Origin: Acholeplasmatales bacterium | GTDB lineage: Bacteria; Bacillota_I; Bacilli_A; Acholeplasmatales; UBA5453 | Direction of reading: 5' to 3' | NCBI GenBank assembly: GCA_050949105.1 | Contig: JBMNFC010000009.1 | Location: 273 to 24,272 of the forward strand | DNA: 24,000 bases | In this document: piece by piece, positions 1 to 8,712 of the stretch | How the letters are laid out: every line of letters begins with the position of its first letter | How positions within the stretch are numbered: position 1 is the first letter of the stretch | Translations under genes and position numbers: made by a program | The notes under the pieces: generated by a model | Seen by the model: only the letters and a program-made list of their open reading frames with translations | Databases searched by the model: none | Told to the model about the DNA's origin: nothing

Positions 1-24
1 TTTTACTAAGCCGTGAACTAAATT

Positions 25-378
25 ATGATTTTGATAGTGATTAATCCCCATCATCAATTTACTGTTTATACTGGAATTGATGGGTTTGCCTCAATTGATA
101 TTTATCTTTATCTAAATGAAGATGAATTTTTGTTTTCGATGGTTTTAGAAAAGGTTAAAATTAGTAAAGGTCTCTATGAAGTCATTAATGAATGGAATAA
201 AGAATCTCTTTTATTTAAATTATATATTGGCGAAGAAAACTATTTAATGATTGAAAGTTATCACTGTTATACGAAAAAAGAAGATATTGAAATTTTATTG
301 AATTTATGTTTTGATAGTTTTACAGATGAGTTACAGTTTTTTCCCAAAATTAAAGATTACTTAATTGAAACGGAATAA
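25..378 (+). CDS. hypothetical protein (117 aa)
   Basis: Open reading frame in the ORF track. No family recognised. The start codon is uncertain and no clear Shine-Dalgarno (SD) is visible because the window begins here. Confidence 0.5.
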   Translation: MILIVINPHHQFTVYTGIDGFASIDIYLYLNEDEFLFSMVLEKVKISKGLYEVINEWNKESLLFKLYIGEENYLMIESYHCYTKKEDIEILLNLCFDSFTDELQFFPKIKDYLIETE

Positions 379-400
379 TCTTTATTAAAGATTAACTATT

Positions 401-409
401 TGATATAAT
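401..409 (+). promoter_or_regulatory. extended -10 promoter element (TGATATAAT) upstream of the 434 ORF
   Basis: TGATATAAT matches the TGnTATAAT extended -10 consensus. It lies ~25 nt upstream of the ATG at 434, with AAGGAG at 421-426. The -35 is weak. Confidence 0.5.
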
Positions 410-433
410 GATAAAAAGGAAAGGAGCTAAATA

Positions 434-610
434 ATGATCCAATTTGACTATAAATATTTAATCGTTTTTTTAACGGGTATTTTATTTGGTTTTTTCTTTT
501 TAGCGTTAGTATACTTATATACGGTGATTTTAGCTTTAAATAGAAAGAATAGAAAAATTAAGAAAAACCCACCTGTAGTAGATGAAATTGAAAATTTCTT
601 TATTCATTAA
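434..610 (+). CDS. small single-transmembrane protein (58 aa), MIQFDYKYLIVFLTGILFGFFFLALVYLYTVILALNRKNRKIKKNPPVVDEIENFFIH
   Basis: ATG at 434 preceded by AAGGAG, one long hydrophobic stretch followed by a basic segment, stop TAA at 608-610. It directly abuts the 613 ORF. Absent from the supplied ORF track. Confidence 0.6.
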   Translation: MIQFDYKYLIVFLTGILFGFFFLALVYLYTVILALNRKNRKIKKNPPVVDEIENFFIH

Positions 611-612
611 AG

Positions 613-1185
613 ATGCGCAAAAGAAATATAAAGATAAAGCAACTAGAAAAGAAGTGGGGATGGTTTCCTTATTTAAAAGAAGTTTCTTCTGACCTTGCTT
701 TAGATATCGCAAGGAAGTATTATCCTACAAGTAAGTATCCAATGTTAGAGTTAACGGTTGAAGAGTCACTTTTGTTAACCCATTATATTGCTAACCGTAT
801 TGAAGAGTTTTTAAGTGCGAGAATGTTAGCTGTATTAAAAAAACGAAGACTTTCCACAATTAAAGGAATCCTTGATCAAAAGGCTAAAATTGAAGAAATG
901 AAAGTTGTTAAAGCAACCAAAGAAGCCAATGCGGTCAAGGTTGGCAAAACAGTTATGAATGTTTTAAATATAATTAACCCAGCCTATTGGATTAAGAAAG
1001 TTACAGTTGATAAATTATATGAAATCATTCTTGTCAAAATTGGCTTAGCGATTATCGCAATTGTCGGTGAAGAGACATATAAGATTTATTCTAAGAGTGT
1101 CTTTATTGAGCCAAAAGACTTAGAAAGTGATATTGATGATTTGTATGAATCAATAAAGGGGGATTTAAAAAATGAGTCTGTTTAA
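613..1185 (+). CDS. conserved-looking hypothetical protein (190 aa) with a hydrophobic C-terminal segment
   Basis: Intact ORF beginning 3 nt after the upstream stop and overlapping the downstream FtsK-like start at 1172 by 14 nt, so it is probably in the same operon. Contains the hydrophobic stretch ILVKIGLAIIAIVGEETYKIY. Confidence 0.7.
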   Translation: MRKRNIKIKQLEKKWGWFPYLKEVSSDLALDIARKYYPTSKYPMLELTVEESLLLTHYIANRIEEFLSARMLAVLKKRRLSTIKGILDQKAKIEEMKVVKATKEANAVKVGKTVMNVLNIINPAYWIKKVTVDKLYEIILVKIGLAIIAIVGEETYKIYSKSVFIEPKDLESDIDDLYESIKGDLKNESV

Positions 1186-3290
1186 TAGAAAGCCAATAGT
1201 TATTAAAGAGCCTAAATTAGATGAATCTTTTAAAATTATTCAATTTGTGAAAATTGAAGGCTTAAAGAAAAACAAACAAAGAAAATATAAACGCCAGGAA
1301 TTTATTAGTCCGATTTTTGGTTTAACTGTTAAAGATGATGTTGTGGCACCGTATGTTAATAAAGATACCGGTGATATTGCAAAACAATATGACTTTATGC
1401 GTGATCATCCAATTAATGATCCCAAAACTTATCATGAGTTTAAAGGAAACAATGGTTAATACTGAAACAAGAAAAGAAGTTTTTGGCGCGGATGTTTATG
1501 TCAATACTGGAAGAAAATATGTTGATCCTAGAAAAAAAGAAGGAAGTATTGATGTTCCTTTCGCCGGTAAAAAAGAAGTTACTTTTGATCAAGTAATTAA
1601 GCCAAGAGAAGAATATTTAAAGGAAGAAATAATTTATAAAAAGGAAGAAATTAAAGAAGAAGTTCCTAAAACTCCTTTCTTTGAGGCTAAAGTAGAGGAA
1701 CATGAAAGAGTTAAACCTAAAGTTGTAGAAGAAATTAGTCGCCTAGAAGAAATTAGACCACACACACCTGAGGTAGAAACATTTAGTCCTGAACCATTAG
1801 AAGTTGAAGACACTAAAGTCACTTTAACACCTAAAGAAGTAGAACCTGTTAGGGAAGTTGTTAAGCAAAAACCAAGAAGAAAATATATTCCGCCAACTCA
1901 TGAGATGTTTTCTAAAGTTGAGCGTGATCAAAACGCGCGTCCTGAATGGTTAGTAAGATTAGAAAACACAGTTAATGAAACATTAAGTCAATTTGGTGTT
2001 GATGGTAAAGTTCATAATATTATTAAAGGACCAACTGTTACAAGATATGAAATCGCCTTAGAACCAGGTGTTAATGTTAAAAAAGTTGAGGGAATCAAAG
2101 ATAACTTAATGATGAACTTAGCAGCAGAATCTTTAAGAATTGAAGCGCCAATTCCAGGAAAACCTTATGTTGGATTAGAACTTCCAAACGAAGTTCCAGA
2201 AATCGTCGCTTTTGGAAATGTTGTTGAAGATCCTGAGTTTATCAATTCCAAAGCGCCACTTAAGATTGCCTTAGGTGTAGATATTGATGGTAATAATATT
2301 TTTTATGATATTAAAAAGATGCCACATGGTTTAATCGCAGGGGCAACCAATAGTGGTAAATCAGTATGTGTTAACACAATAATTATGTCCCTACTGATGA
2401 AAAACCATCCGGATGATTTAAAGTTTATTATGATTGACCCAAAGATGGTTGAATTATCAATTTATGATGGTATTCCTCACCTAGTGACACCGGTAATTAC
2501 TGAACCTAAAATGGCCGCAACCGCGCTTGCTTGGGCGACAGAAGAGATGGATAATCGTTTCTTAAGATTCGCTAATGCCAGAGTTAAAGACTTAGAAGGT
2601 TATAATGAAAAAGCGTTAACAGATTCTTCACTAGAAAAGATGCCTTATATTATTATCGTCATTGATGAGTTAGCGGATTTAATGATGGTTTCTGCTAAAG
2701 ATGTGGAAGATTCAATTCAAAGAATTACCCAAAAAGCAAGAGCGGCAGGAATTCACTTATTAGTTGCGACACAAAGACCAACAACTGATGTTGTTAAAGG
2801 AACAATTAAAGCGAATATTCCTACAAGAATTGCCTTTAAAGTTTCTCAAATCAAGATTCAATCGTTGTTTTGGATCAACAAGGTGCGGAACAACTTCTTG
2901 GTAGAGGAGATATGATTCTTAAGACTGTTGGTACTCCATTAAGATTACAAGGAGCCTTTATTAGAGATTCAGAAATTGAAGCAGTCACTGAATTTATCAA
3001 GGCGCAAATGGATCCAGAATACTTAATTGATCATAACCAATTAAAAGACTATAAAGAGAAAATTGAACTTGTTGAAGATGAACCTTTATTATATCCAGTT
3101 GCCCAGTTTTGTGGTAGTAGAACAAAATGCCTCAATTAACGCGATTCAAAAAGAATTTGGCATTGGCTTTAATAGAGCCCAAAAGATTATCGAATTATTA
3201 GAGAAAAAAGGTGTAGTTGGAGAAAGTGAAGGCACCAAAGCTCGCCAAGTATTAGTCACTAAAGCAGAATTAGAGGATATGTTATCATAA
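1172..3290 (+). pseudogene. ftsK: FtsK/SpoIIIE/SftA-family DNA translocase, frameshifted into three or more pieces
   Basis: Consecutive family motifs are spread over three ORFs in different frames. 1172-1459 holds the N-terminus (FISPIFG). 1335-2915 holds GPTVTRYEIALEPGV, RIEAPIPGK, Walker A GATNSGKSV, IIVIDELADLMM and LLVATQRPTTDVVKGTIKANIPTRIAF. 2870-3139 holds LDQQGAEQLLGRGDMI. 3063-3290 holds the gamma-domain-like INAIQKEFGIGFNRAQKIIELLEKKGVV. There is no N-terminal transmembrane region. Confidence 0.88.
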
Positions 3291-4085
3291 TGGATGAAAT
3301 AGTTACCCAAGCACCACAGCCCTTAAAAGATTTTTAAAAGGGCTGTTTTTAAAAAAATTAATAATCTTATTAGCAACAAGCACAACCACATTACTTTTAT
3401 CAAGTATTTTTATGCTTATTGGAGCGGGTAAGTTTTCTAGTAAAACAGCATTAATTGTTGTGTTTATTTTTGAGGTTGTTTTATTATTAACAAGCTTAGC
3501 TGTTTTACTATATCATTTAAAGAAAACCGTTAAAGATGAGCATTATGAGAAATATTATAAAATCTATGACTTAGTTCAGTTCGTTTTACTTATTTTTTTA
3601 GTGTTCTTTTTCTTCCAAACATTTATTTTAAAAACTGCCCGAGTATCGGGTTCTTCAATGGAACAAACGCTTCATGATGGCGATTTAGTATTAGTACTTC
3701 AAGTTCATAATAATTATAAGTATGATGATATTGTGGTGATGGATTCGAAAAACTATAGTGATCTTGATGTGGTAACATTTGAGCCAAGAAATAACATCAT
3801 CAATGATGGTTATTATGTTAAAAGAATCAAAGGCTTACCAGGACAAAGGATTCGTTATGAAGAGGATGTTTTTGGAATCAACTTTTATGTTGATGATGTT
3901 TTAGTTCAAACGATAAATAATACTCATTATATCGCTATTTTAAAACATCTTACAGATAGTCAATAATGGAATTATTCCAAAAAGGAAAGTATTTACTCTT
4001 TGGTGATAATCATATAAATTCAAAAGACTCAAGAGTCTTTGGGTTTGTCGATGAAAAAGATATTTTAGGAATTGTGAAAGTTTAG
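3290..4085 (+). pseudogene. lepB: type I signal peptidase (SPase I)-like, frameshifted
   Basis: The 3412-3966 ORF has SGSSMEQTLHDGDLVLV (catalytic Ser motif) and DGYYVKRIKGLPGQRI (catalytic Lys motif). The C-terminal ME LFQKGKYLLFGDNHINSKDSRVFGFVDEKDILGIVKV (GDNxxxSxDSR box) is in another frame at 3966-4085. An N-terminal continuation MDEIVTQAPQPLKDF starts at 3290 and is separated by a second apparent frameshift. Confidence 0.82.
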
Positions 4086-4221
4086 ACTAAATAAGCCGGG
4101 AATTATAAAATAAATACTAGTTTTAACATCCAAGATAACATACAGAATAACATACAAGATGATGTGATTGATATATTAGGAGAATGGTATAATGGTTATG
4201 TAGTAATTTGAGGTGATTATT

Positions 4222-5215
4222 ATGAACTACACTCCACCATTTACAATAACTAACTTTATGATTGATAAGGTTTCTTCAATCATGAAAAATATTGGTAAAT
4301 TGGATAATTATCAAGATTTAAATAAAATGCCAGTATTAAGAAGAAATAATCGAATTCATTCGATTCATTCATCACTGGCAATCGAAGCCAATTTATTATC
4401 ATTTAATCAAGTGAAAGATATTATTGATGGGAAAACCGTAATTGGTCCTAAAAATGAAATAAAAGAAGTAAAAAATGCTTATAGTGCATATAAGTTAATA
4501 AATGAATTAAATCCATATCAAGTGAAAGATTTAAAAAGAGCTCATAGCGTGATGATGAATTTAATTGTTAAGGAATCTGGTGAATTTAGAAAGGGTCATG
4601 AAGGAGTGTTTGATGAAAAGGGGAATTGTATTCATTTGTGTCCTCCGCCTGAACAAATAAATTTACTAATTAATCAATTATTTAATTGGATGAAAGAAAA
4701 CAAAAATAAAATTCATCCCCTAATAGTATCATCAGTTTTTCATTATGAATTTGTGTTTATTCATCCGTTTTCTGATGGTAACGGAAGAATTGCGAGATTA
4801 TGGCAAAATGTCATCTTATCAAAATTTGAAATAATCTTTGAATATATGCCAATTGAAACACAAATTAAAAAATATCAAAAAGAGTATTACCAAGCAATAA
4901 ATATTTCTAACCAATCTGGAGATTCAACAGTGTTTATTGAATTCATGTTAAAAGTGATTGATGAAACAATTCTTGATTTACTAAAAAGCACTGCTACTGA
5001 AATTAACCGCGGTTAGCTTATATGTAAATAGACTTTTAGATGTAATGGAAGTAGGAGTAGAGTTAACTACTGCCGAGATGATGAGTAAATTAGGCTTAAA
5101 ATCAAGAATTTCGTTTAGAGAAAACTACTTAAAGCCAGCTTTAGAAAATGGCCTAATTAAGATGACCATTCCTGATAAACCGACTAGTAAAAATCAGATG
5201 TATTATAAGGTGTAA
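4222..5215 (+). pseudogene. Fic-domain protein (putative AMPylase/deAMPylase) with C-terminal winged-helix segment, frameshifted near 5000
   Basis: Fic motif HPFSDGNGRIARLW and N-terminal inhibitory-like SLAIEAN. The 4213-5016 ORF stops at NRG*, but the adjacent frame continues as SLYVNRLLDVMEVGVELTTAEMMSKLGLKSRISFRENYLKPALENGLIKMTIPDKPTSKNQMYYKV*. SD GAGGTGAT lies before the ATG at 4222. Confidence 0.85.
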
Positions 5216-5249
5216 TTTGAATATTTATATTAATTAAGGAGTTGTTCCC

Positions 5250-6047
5250 TTGGAAAACAAATCATGGTATCCGGGCCATATGGCCAAAGCACTAAGAGAA
5301 ATAAAAGGATTAATAAGCAAGGTAGACATCATCTACCTTCTTTTAGATTCAAGAGCGCCAGAGAGTTCTTTAAATCCTGTTATTTTAGATATGATTAAAG
5401 ATAAACCAGTTTTATACTTGTATAACAAATCTACCCTTGCTGATTTAGGCGCGTTAAAGAAAATAATTAAAGAAGAAAATTGCTTAATTATTGATGCCCT
5501 ACACCGAAAAAACATTAGAAACATACCTAAGAAAACTAATGAAATGTTAGTTGATTTATTAGAAAAAAAACGTAGTCAAGGATATTTAAATTATCCGATT
5601 AAAGCGATGATTTTGGGAATTCCTAATGTTGGCAAATCAACTCTCGCAAACGCCTTAGCTAACAGAAAATCCGCAGGTACTGATTATAAACCAGGACATA
5701 CAAGAGCTCTTAGTTGGATTAAGATATCTGGTAATATTAACCTCTTAGATACTCCAGGTTTATTATGGCCTAAAATTGAAGATATAAATGTTAGGTATCA
5801 TTTATCATTAGCTGGTTCAATTAAAGAAGAATTATTAAATAAAGAGAAATTATTTAACTACGGTTATGATTATTTAATGAAAAATTATCCAAATTATTTG
5901 GAATTTTATAAAGTTTCTTATGAAACAAAAGAAATCTTTTTAACTTCATTAATGGAATACAGAGGACTTACTAAAGAAGAGGTCTATATCCTTTTTTTAA
6001 ACGATGTTAGAGATGGTTTACTTGGAGGGATCTGTTTTGATTTATGA
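5250..6047 (+). CDS. rbgA: ribosome biogenesis GTPase YlqF/RbgA (circularly permuted)
   Basis: Starts WYPGHMAKALREI. Carries G1 GIPNVGKST and G3 LLDTPGLLWPK after the G4-like NKST, the permuted order typical of the family. TTG start with AAGGAG upstream. Confidence 0.93.
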   Translation: MENKSWYPGHMAKALREIKGLISKVDIIYLLLDSRAPESSLNPVILDMIKDKPVLYLYNKSTLADLGALKKIIKEENCLIIDALHRKNIRNIPKKTNEMLVDLLEKKRSQGYLNYPIKAMILGIPNVGKSTLANALANRKSAGTDYKPGHTRALSWIKISGNINLLDTPGLLWPKIEDINVRYHLSLAGSIKEELLNKEKLFNYGYDYLMKNYPNYLEFYKVSYETKEIFLTSLMEYRGLTKEEVYILFLNDVRDGLLGGICFDL

Positions 6048-6651
6048 ATATGAAGAAAGACTCCTAAAAGAAGGATATAAACTAATTTGTGGAGTCGATG
6101 AAGCTGGAAGAGGACCACTTGCTGGACCGGTAGTGGCGGCGGCAGTTATTTTAAAACCTAATGTAAGAATTGAGGTAAATGATTCTAAAAAACTGACTAA
6201 AAAAAAGAGACGCAAATTAGTGCCATTAATAATAGAAAATAGTATCGCGGTAAGTATAGCATTTATCGATAATGAAGAAATTGATGAAATCAATATCTTA
6301 GAAGCCTCTAAAAAAGCGATGCTTGAGGCAATTAATGGTTTAAAAGTTAAGCCTGATTACGTCTTAAGTGACGCGATAAAATTAGAAGATGAATTATCTA
6401 TTTCTACAAAAGCGATTATTAAGGGGGATCTAAAAGTTGCCTCAATTGCTGCAGCAAGCATTATCGCTAAAGAAGCAAGAGATGATTATATGGAAGCGAT
6501 GGATTTAAAATATCCAATGTATGGCTTTAAAACACATATGGGATATCCAACAAAGTTCCATATTGAAATGATAAAGAAATATGGAATTTGTGAAATCCAT
6601 AGAAAAACATTTAAACCAATTAAAGAGATGATTAACAAAGTAAGAACTTAG
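6037..6651 (+). CDS. rnhB: ribonuclease HII
   Basis: ICGVDEAGRGPLAGPVVAAAVIL, DSKKLTKKKR, YGFKTHMGYPTKFH. The likely start is TTG at 6037, preceded by GGAGG at 6024-6028 (the ORF track starts it at 6004). It overlaps rbgA by 11 nt. Confidence 0.94.
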   Translation: MIYEYEERLLKEGYKLICGVDEAGRGPLAGPVVAAAVILKPNVRIEVNDSKKLTKKKRRKLVPLIIENSIAVSIAFIDNEEIDEINILEASKKAMLEAINGLKVKPDYVLSDAIKLEDELSISTKAIIKGDLKVASIAAASIIAKEARDDYMEAMDLKYPMYGFKTHMGYPTKFHIEMIKKYGICEIHRKTFKPIKEMINKVRT

Positions 6652-6705
6652 AAAAACTTTCTAGTAAGAAGTAGAACAAATTATAAAAAAATTATTAATA
6701 AATGA

Positions 6706-6737
6706 GAATCAATCCAAACTGATTCTTTTTATTTTTA
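6706..6737 (+). terminator. rho-independent terminator after rnhB
   Basis: GAATCA-8 nt-TGATTC stem followed by a T-rich tract TTTTTATTTTT. Confidence 0.65.
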
Positions 6738-6871
6738 TTGATTAAATTTGCAAGCTCTTGCGAAAAATGTCAATAGACAATTTTTAAAAGTAAAAAAAAT
6801 ATATATTAATATATATAATAAATGAGGGCTTGACAACGTAAAAAATATTAAGTATTTTAGATAAAAAGGAT

Positions 6872-8683
6872 GTGATTTATGTGGAGACATTAGTAATTGT
6901 TGAATCCCCAACTAAAGCAAAAACAATTAAAAATTATTTGCCAAAAGTAGAAGTTTTAGCTTCTAATGGCCACATTAGAGATTTAACGACTAAGGGGAAA
7001 TTTGGTTATGGTGTTTCTACTGATACATTCGTACCAAGTTATGAAATAATTAAAGAAAAATATGGTGTTGTAAGTAAATTAAAGCGTGCCGCTAAAGGTA
7101 AAAAAGTCTTGCTAGCGACAGACCCAGATAGAGAAGGGGAAGCGATTAGTTGGCATTTGGCGAATATTTTAGATTTAGATTTAAATGAAAATAACCGAAT
7201 TTATTTTAACGAAATTACCAAACCAGCGATACTAGAGGCATTTAATAATCCTAGAAAGATTGACCTTGATTTAGTTGACTCTCAAGAATCAAGACGAATC
7301 TTAGATAGAATCATTGGTTTTGATTTATCTAAATTAGTTCAAAGAAAACTTTATTCTAAGAGTGCAGGAAGAGTTCAAAGTGTCGCCTTAAAAATAATCA
7401 TTGATCGTGAAAAAGAAATAATGGCATTTATTCCAGAAGCGTATTATTTAATTTTTGCTCGTTTTGGTGATACTATATTTGATTATGTTAAAAATCAAAG
7501 AAGATCTTTAAAAAATTTAAATGAGGCGGAAAAAATCTTAAAAGAATTACATAGAGAATTTACAGTTAAAGATATTAGCATAAAAGAAGCGAAACGTTAT
7601 TCAGCCTATCCTTATACAACCTCAAAACTCCAACAAGAAGGTATTACACGCCTAAGAGTAGGAGCCTCAAGTGTGATGAATATTGCTCAAAAACTTTATG
7701 AAGGAATTTTAATAAAAAATGAGACTGTTGGGTTAATTACTTATATGAGAACTGACTCAACGAGACTATCACCAATATTTGTAAGAGAAACATATAATTA
7801 CATTGAAGATAAATATGGTAGTGAGTATGTCGGAAAATTAAGAATAAGTAAAAGTAAACAATCTCAAGATGCTCATGAGGCAATTAGACCAACATCTATC
7901 CATAGAACTCCTGAAAGTGTTAAGCCTTACCTAGATGAAAAATCTTATCTATTATATAAGATGATATATGACAAGACATTAGCTTTTTTAATGAAAGAAG
8001 GAATTGATGAAGTTAAAGAAGTAACGATAACTTCCAATGGCCATGATTTTAATAAAACATTTAATAAGGTAGTTTTTGATGGTTATAGAAAACTAAATAA
8101 TAATGAAGAAGAAACGTACTTTAATGGTAAAGTAGGTGACATGTTAATAGCGGATAAGATTTATAAAGAAAATAAACAAACAGAGCCTAAAAAGAGATTT
8201 AGTGAACCTACCTTAATTGAAGAGCTAGAGCGTCTTGGTATTGGCAGACCCTCAACTTATGCCGATACCACAAGAAAAATCATTAATTCAGGTTATGTAA
8301 GAAGATTAAAAGGTTATTATCATCCTACCCCTCAAGGTTTACTAACAGAAAAGAATTTAGGTAAATATTTTGATTCATTTATTAACACGGAATATACTTC
8401 AAATATGGAAGAAGAGTTAGATTTAATTGCATCAGGTGAATTATCCAAAGAAAAAATGTTAAAAAACTTTTATAAAACATTTAAACCCCTTGTTGAACAC
8501 GCAAGTAAAGAAATGCCTTTTCAACCAATTAAAAAAGAAGTTGAGTATGTTGAAGAAAAGTGTCCAAAATGCGGAAAAGAGCTTGTCTATAGGATAAACA
8601 AAAAAGGCGAAAAATTTATTGCTTGTAGTGGTTTTACAAGTAAGCCTAGATGTACGTATACAAGAAATATTGAAGATAATTAA
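6872..8683 (+). CDS. topA: DNA topoisomerase I (type IA), one C-terminal four-cysteine zinc ribbon
   Basis: LVIVESPTKAKTIKNYL, SNGHIRDL, DPDREGEAISWHL, GLITYMRTDSTRLS, PTLIEELERLGIGRPSTYA, and CPKCGKEL...CSGFTSKPRC. Start is GTG at 6872 or GTG at 6881. Confidence 0.96.
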   Translation: MIYVETLVIVESPTKAKTIKNYLPKVEVLASNGHIRDLTTKGKFGYGVSTDTFVPSYEIIKEKYGVVSKLKRAAKGKKVLLATDPDREGEAISWHLANILDLDLNENNRIYFNEITKPAILEAFNNPRKIDLDLVDSQESRRILDRIIGFDLSKLVQRKLYSKSAGRVQSVALKIIIDREKEIMAFIPEAYYLIFARFGDTIFDYVKNQRRSLKNLNEAEKILKELHREFTVKDISIKEAKRYSAYPYTTSKLQQEGITRLRVGASSVMNIAQKLYEGILIKNETVGLITYMRTDSTRLSPIFVRETYNYIEDKYGSEYVGKLRISKSKQSQDAHEAIRPTSIHRTPESVKPYLDEKSYLLYKMIYDKTLAFLMKEGIDEVKEVTITSNGHDFNKTFNKVVFDGYRKLNNNEEETYFNGKVGDMLIADKIYKENKQTEPKKRFSEPTLIEELERLGIGRPSTYADTTRKIINSGYVRRLKGYYHPTPQGLLTEKNLGKYFDSFINTEYTSNMEEELDLIASGELSKEKMLKNFYKTFKPLVEHASKEMPFQPIKKEVEYVEEKCPKCGKELVYRINKKGEKFIACSGFTSKPRCTYTRNIEDN

Positions 8684-8712
8684 AAAAACTCAAGCAAATT
8701 TGATATGATGAC

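Noticed and set aside
1634-1822. Minus-strand ORF of 62 aa inside ftsK
   Set aside because: Antisense to a conserved coding region, with low-complexity Ser/Leu composition and no SD. Typical shadow ORF.
3317-3350. Terminator CAGCCCTT...AAGGGCTG-TTTTT between ftsK and lepB
   Set aside because: Not listed as a confident feature because the same bases may be N-terminal coding sequence of lepB once the T5 run is corrected. Discussed as a finding instead.
1172-5215. Explaining the broken genes by UGA=Trp recoding or programmed frameshifting
   Set aside because: Three of the four upstream ORF ends at the junctions are TAA (1459, 3966, and the one in the lepB N-terminus), and the 2915 end lies past the shift point. 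The shifts also occur at unrelated contexts without a common slippery heptamer plus structure. Simple indels fit better.
5333-6293. Minus-strand ORFs 5333-5524 and 6042-6293
   Set aside because: Antisense to the well-supported rbgA and rnhB genes, with no start signals.
6828-6858. TTGACA (6828-6833) as a -35 for topA
   Set aside because: Only a poor -10 (TATTTT) with ~19-nt spacing follows. Plausible but not strong enough to call.
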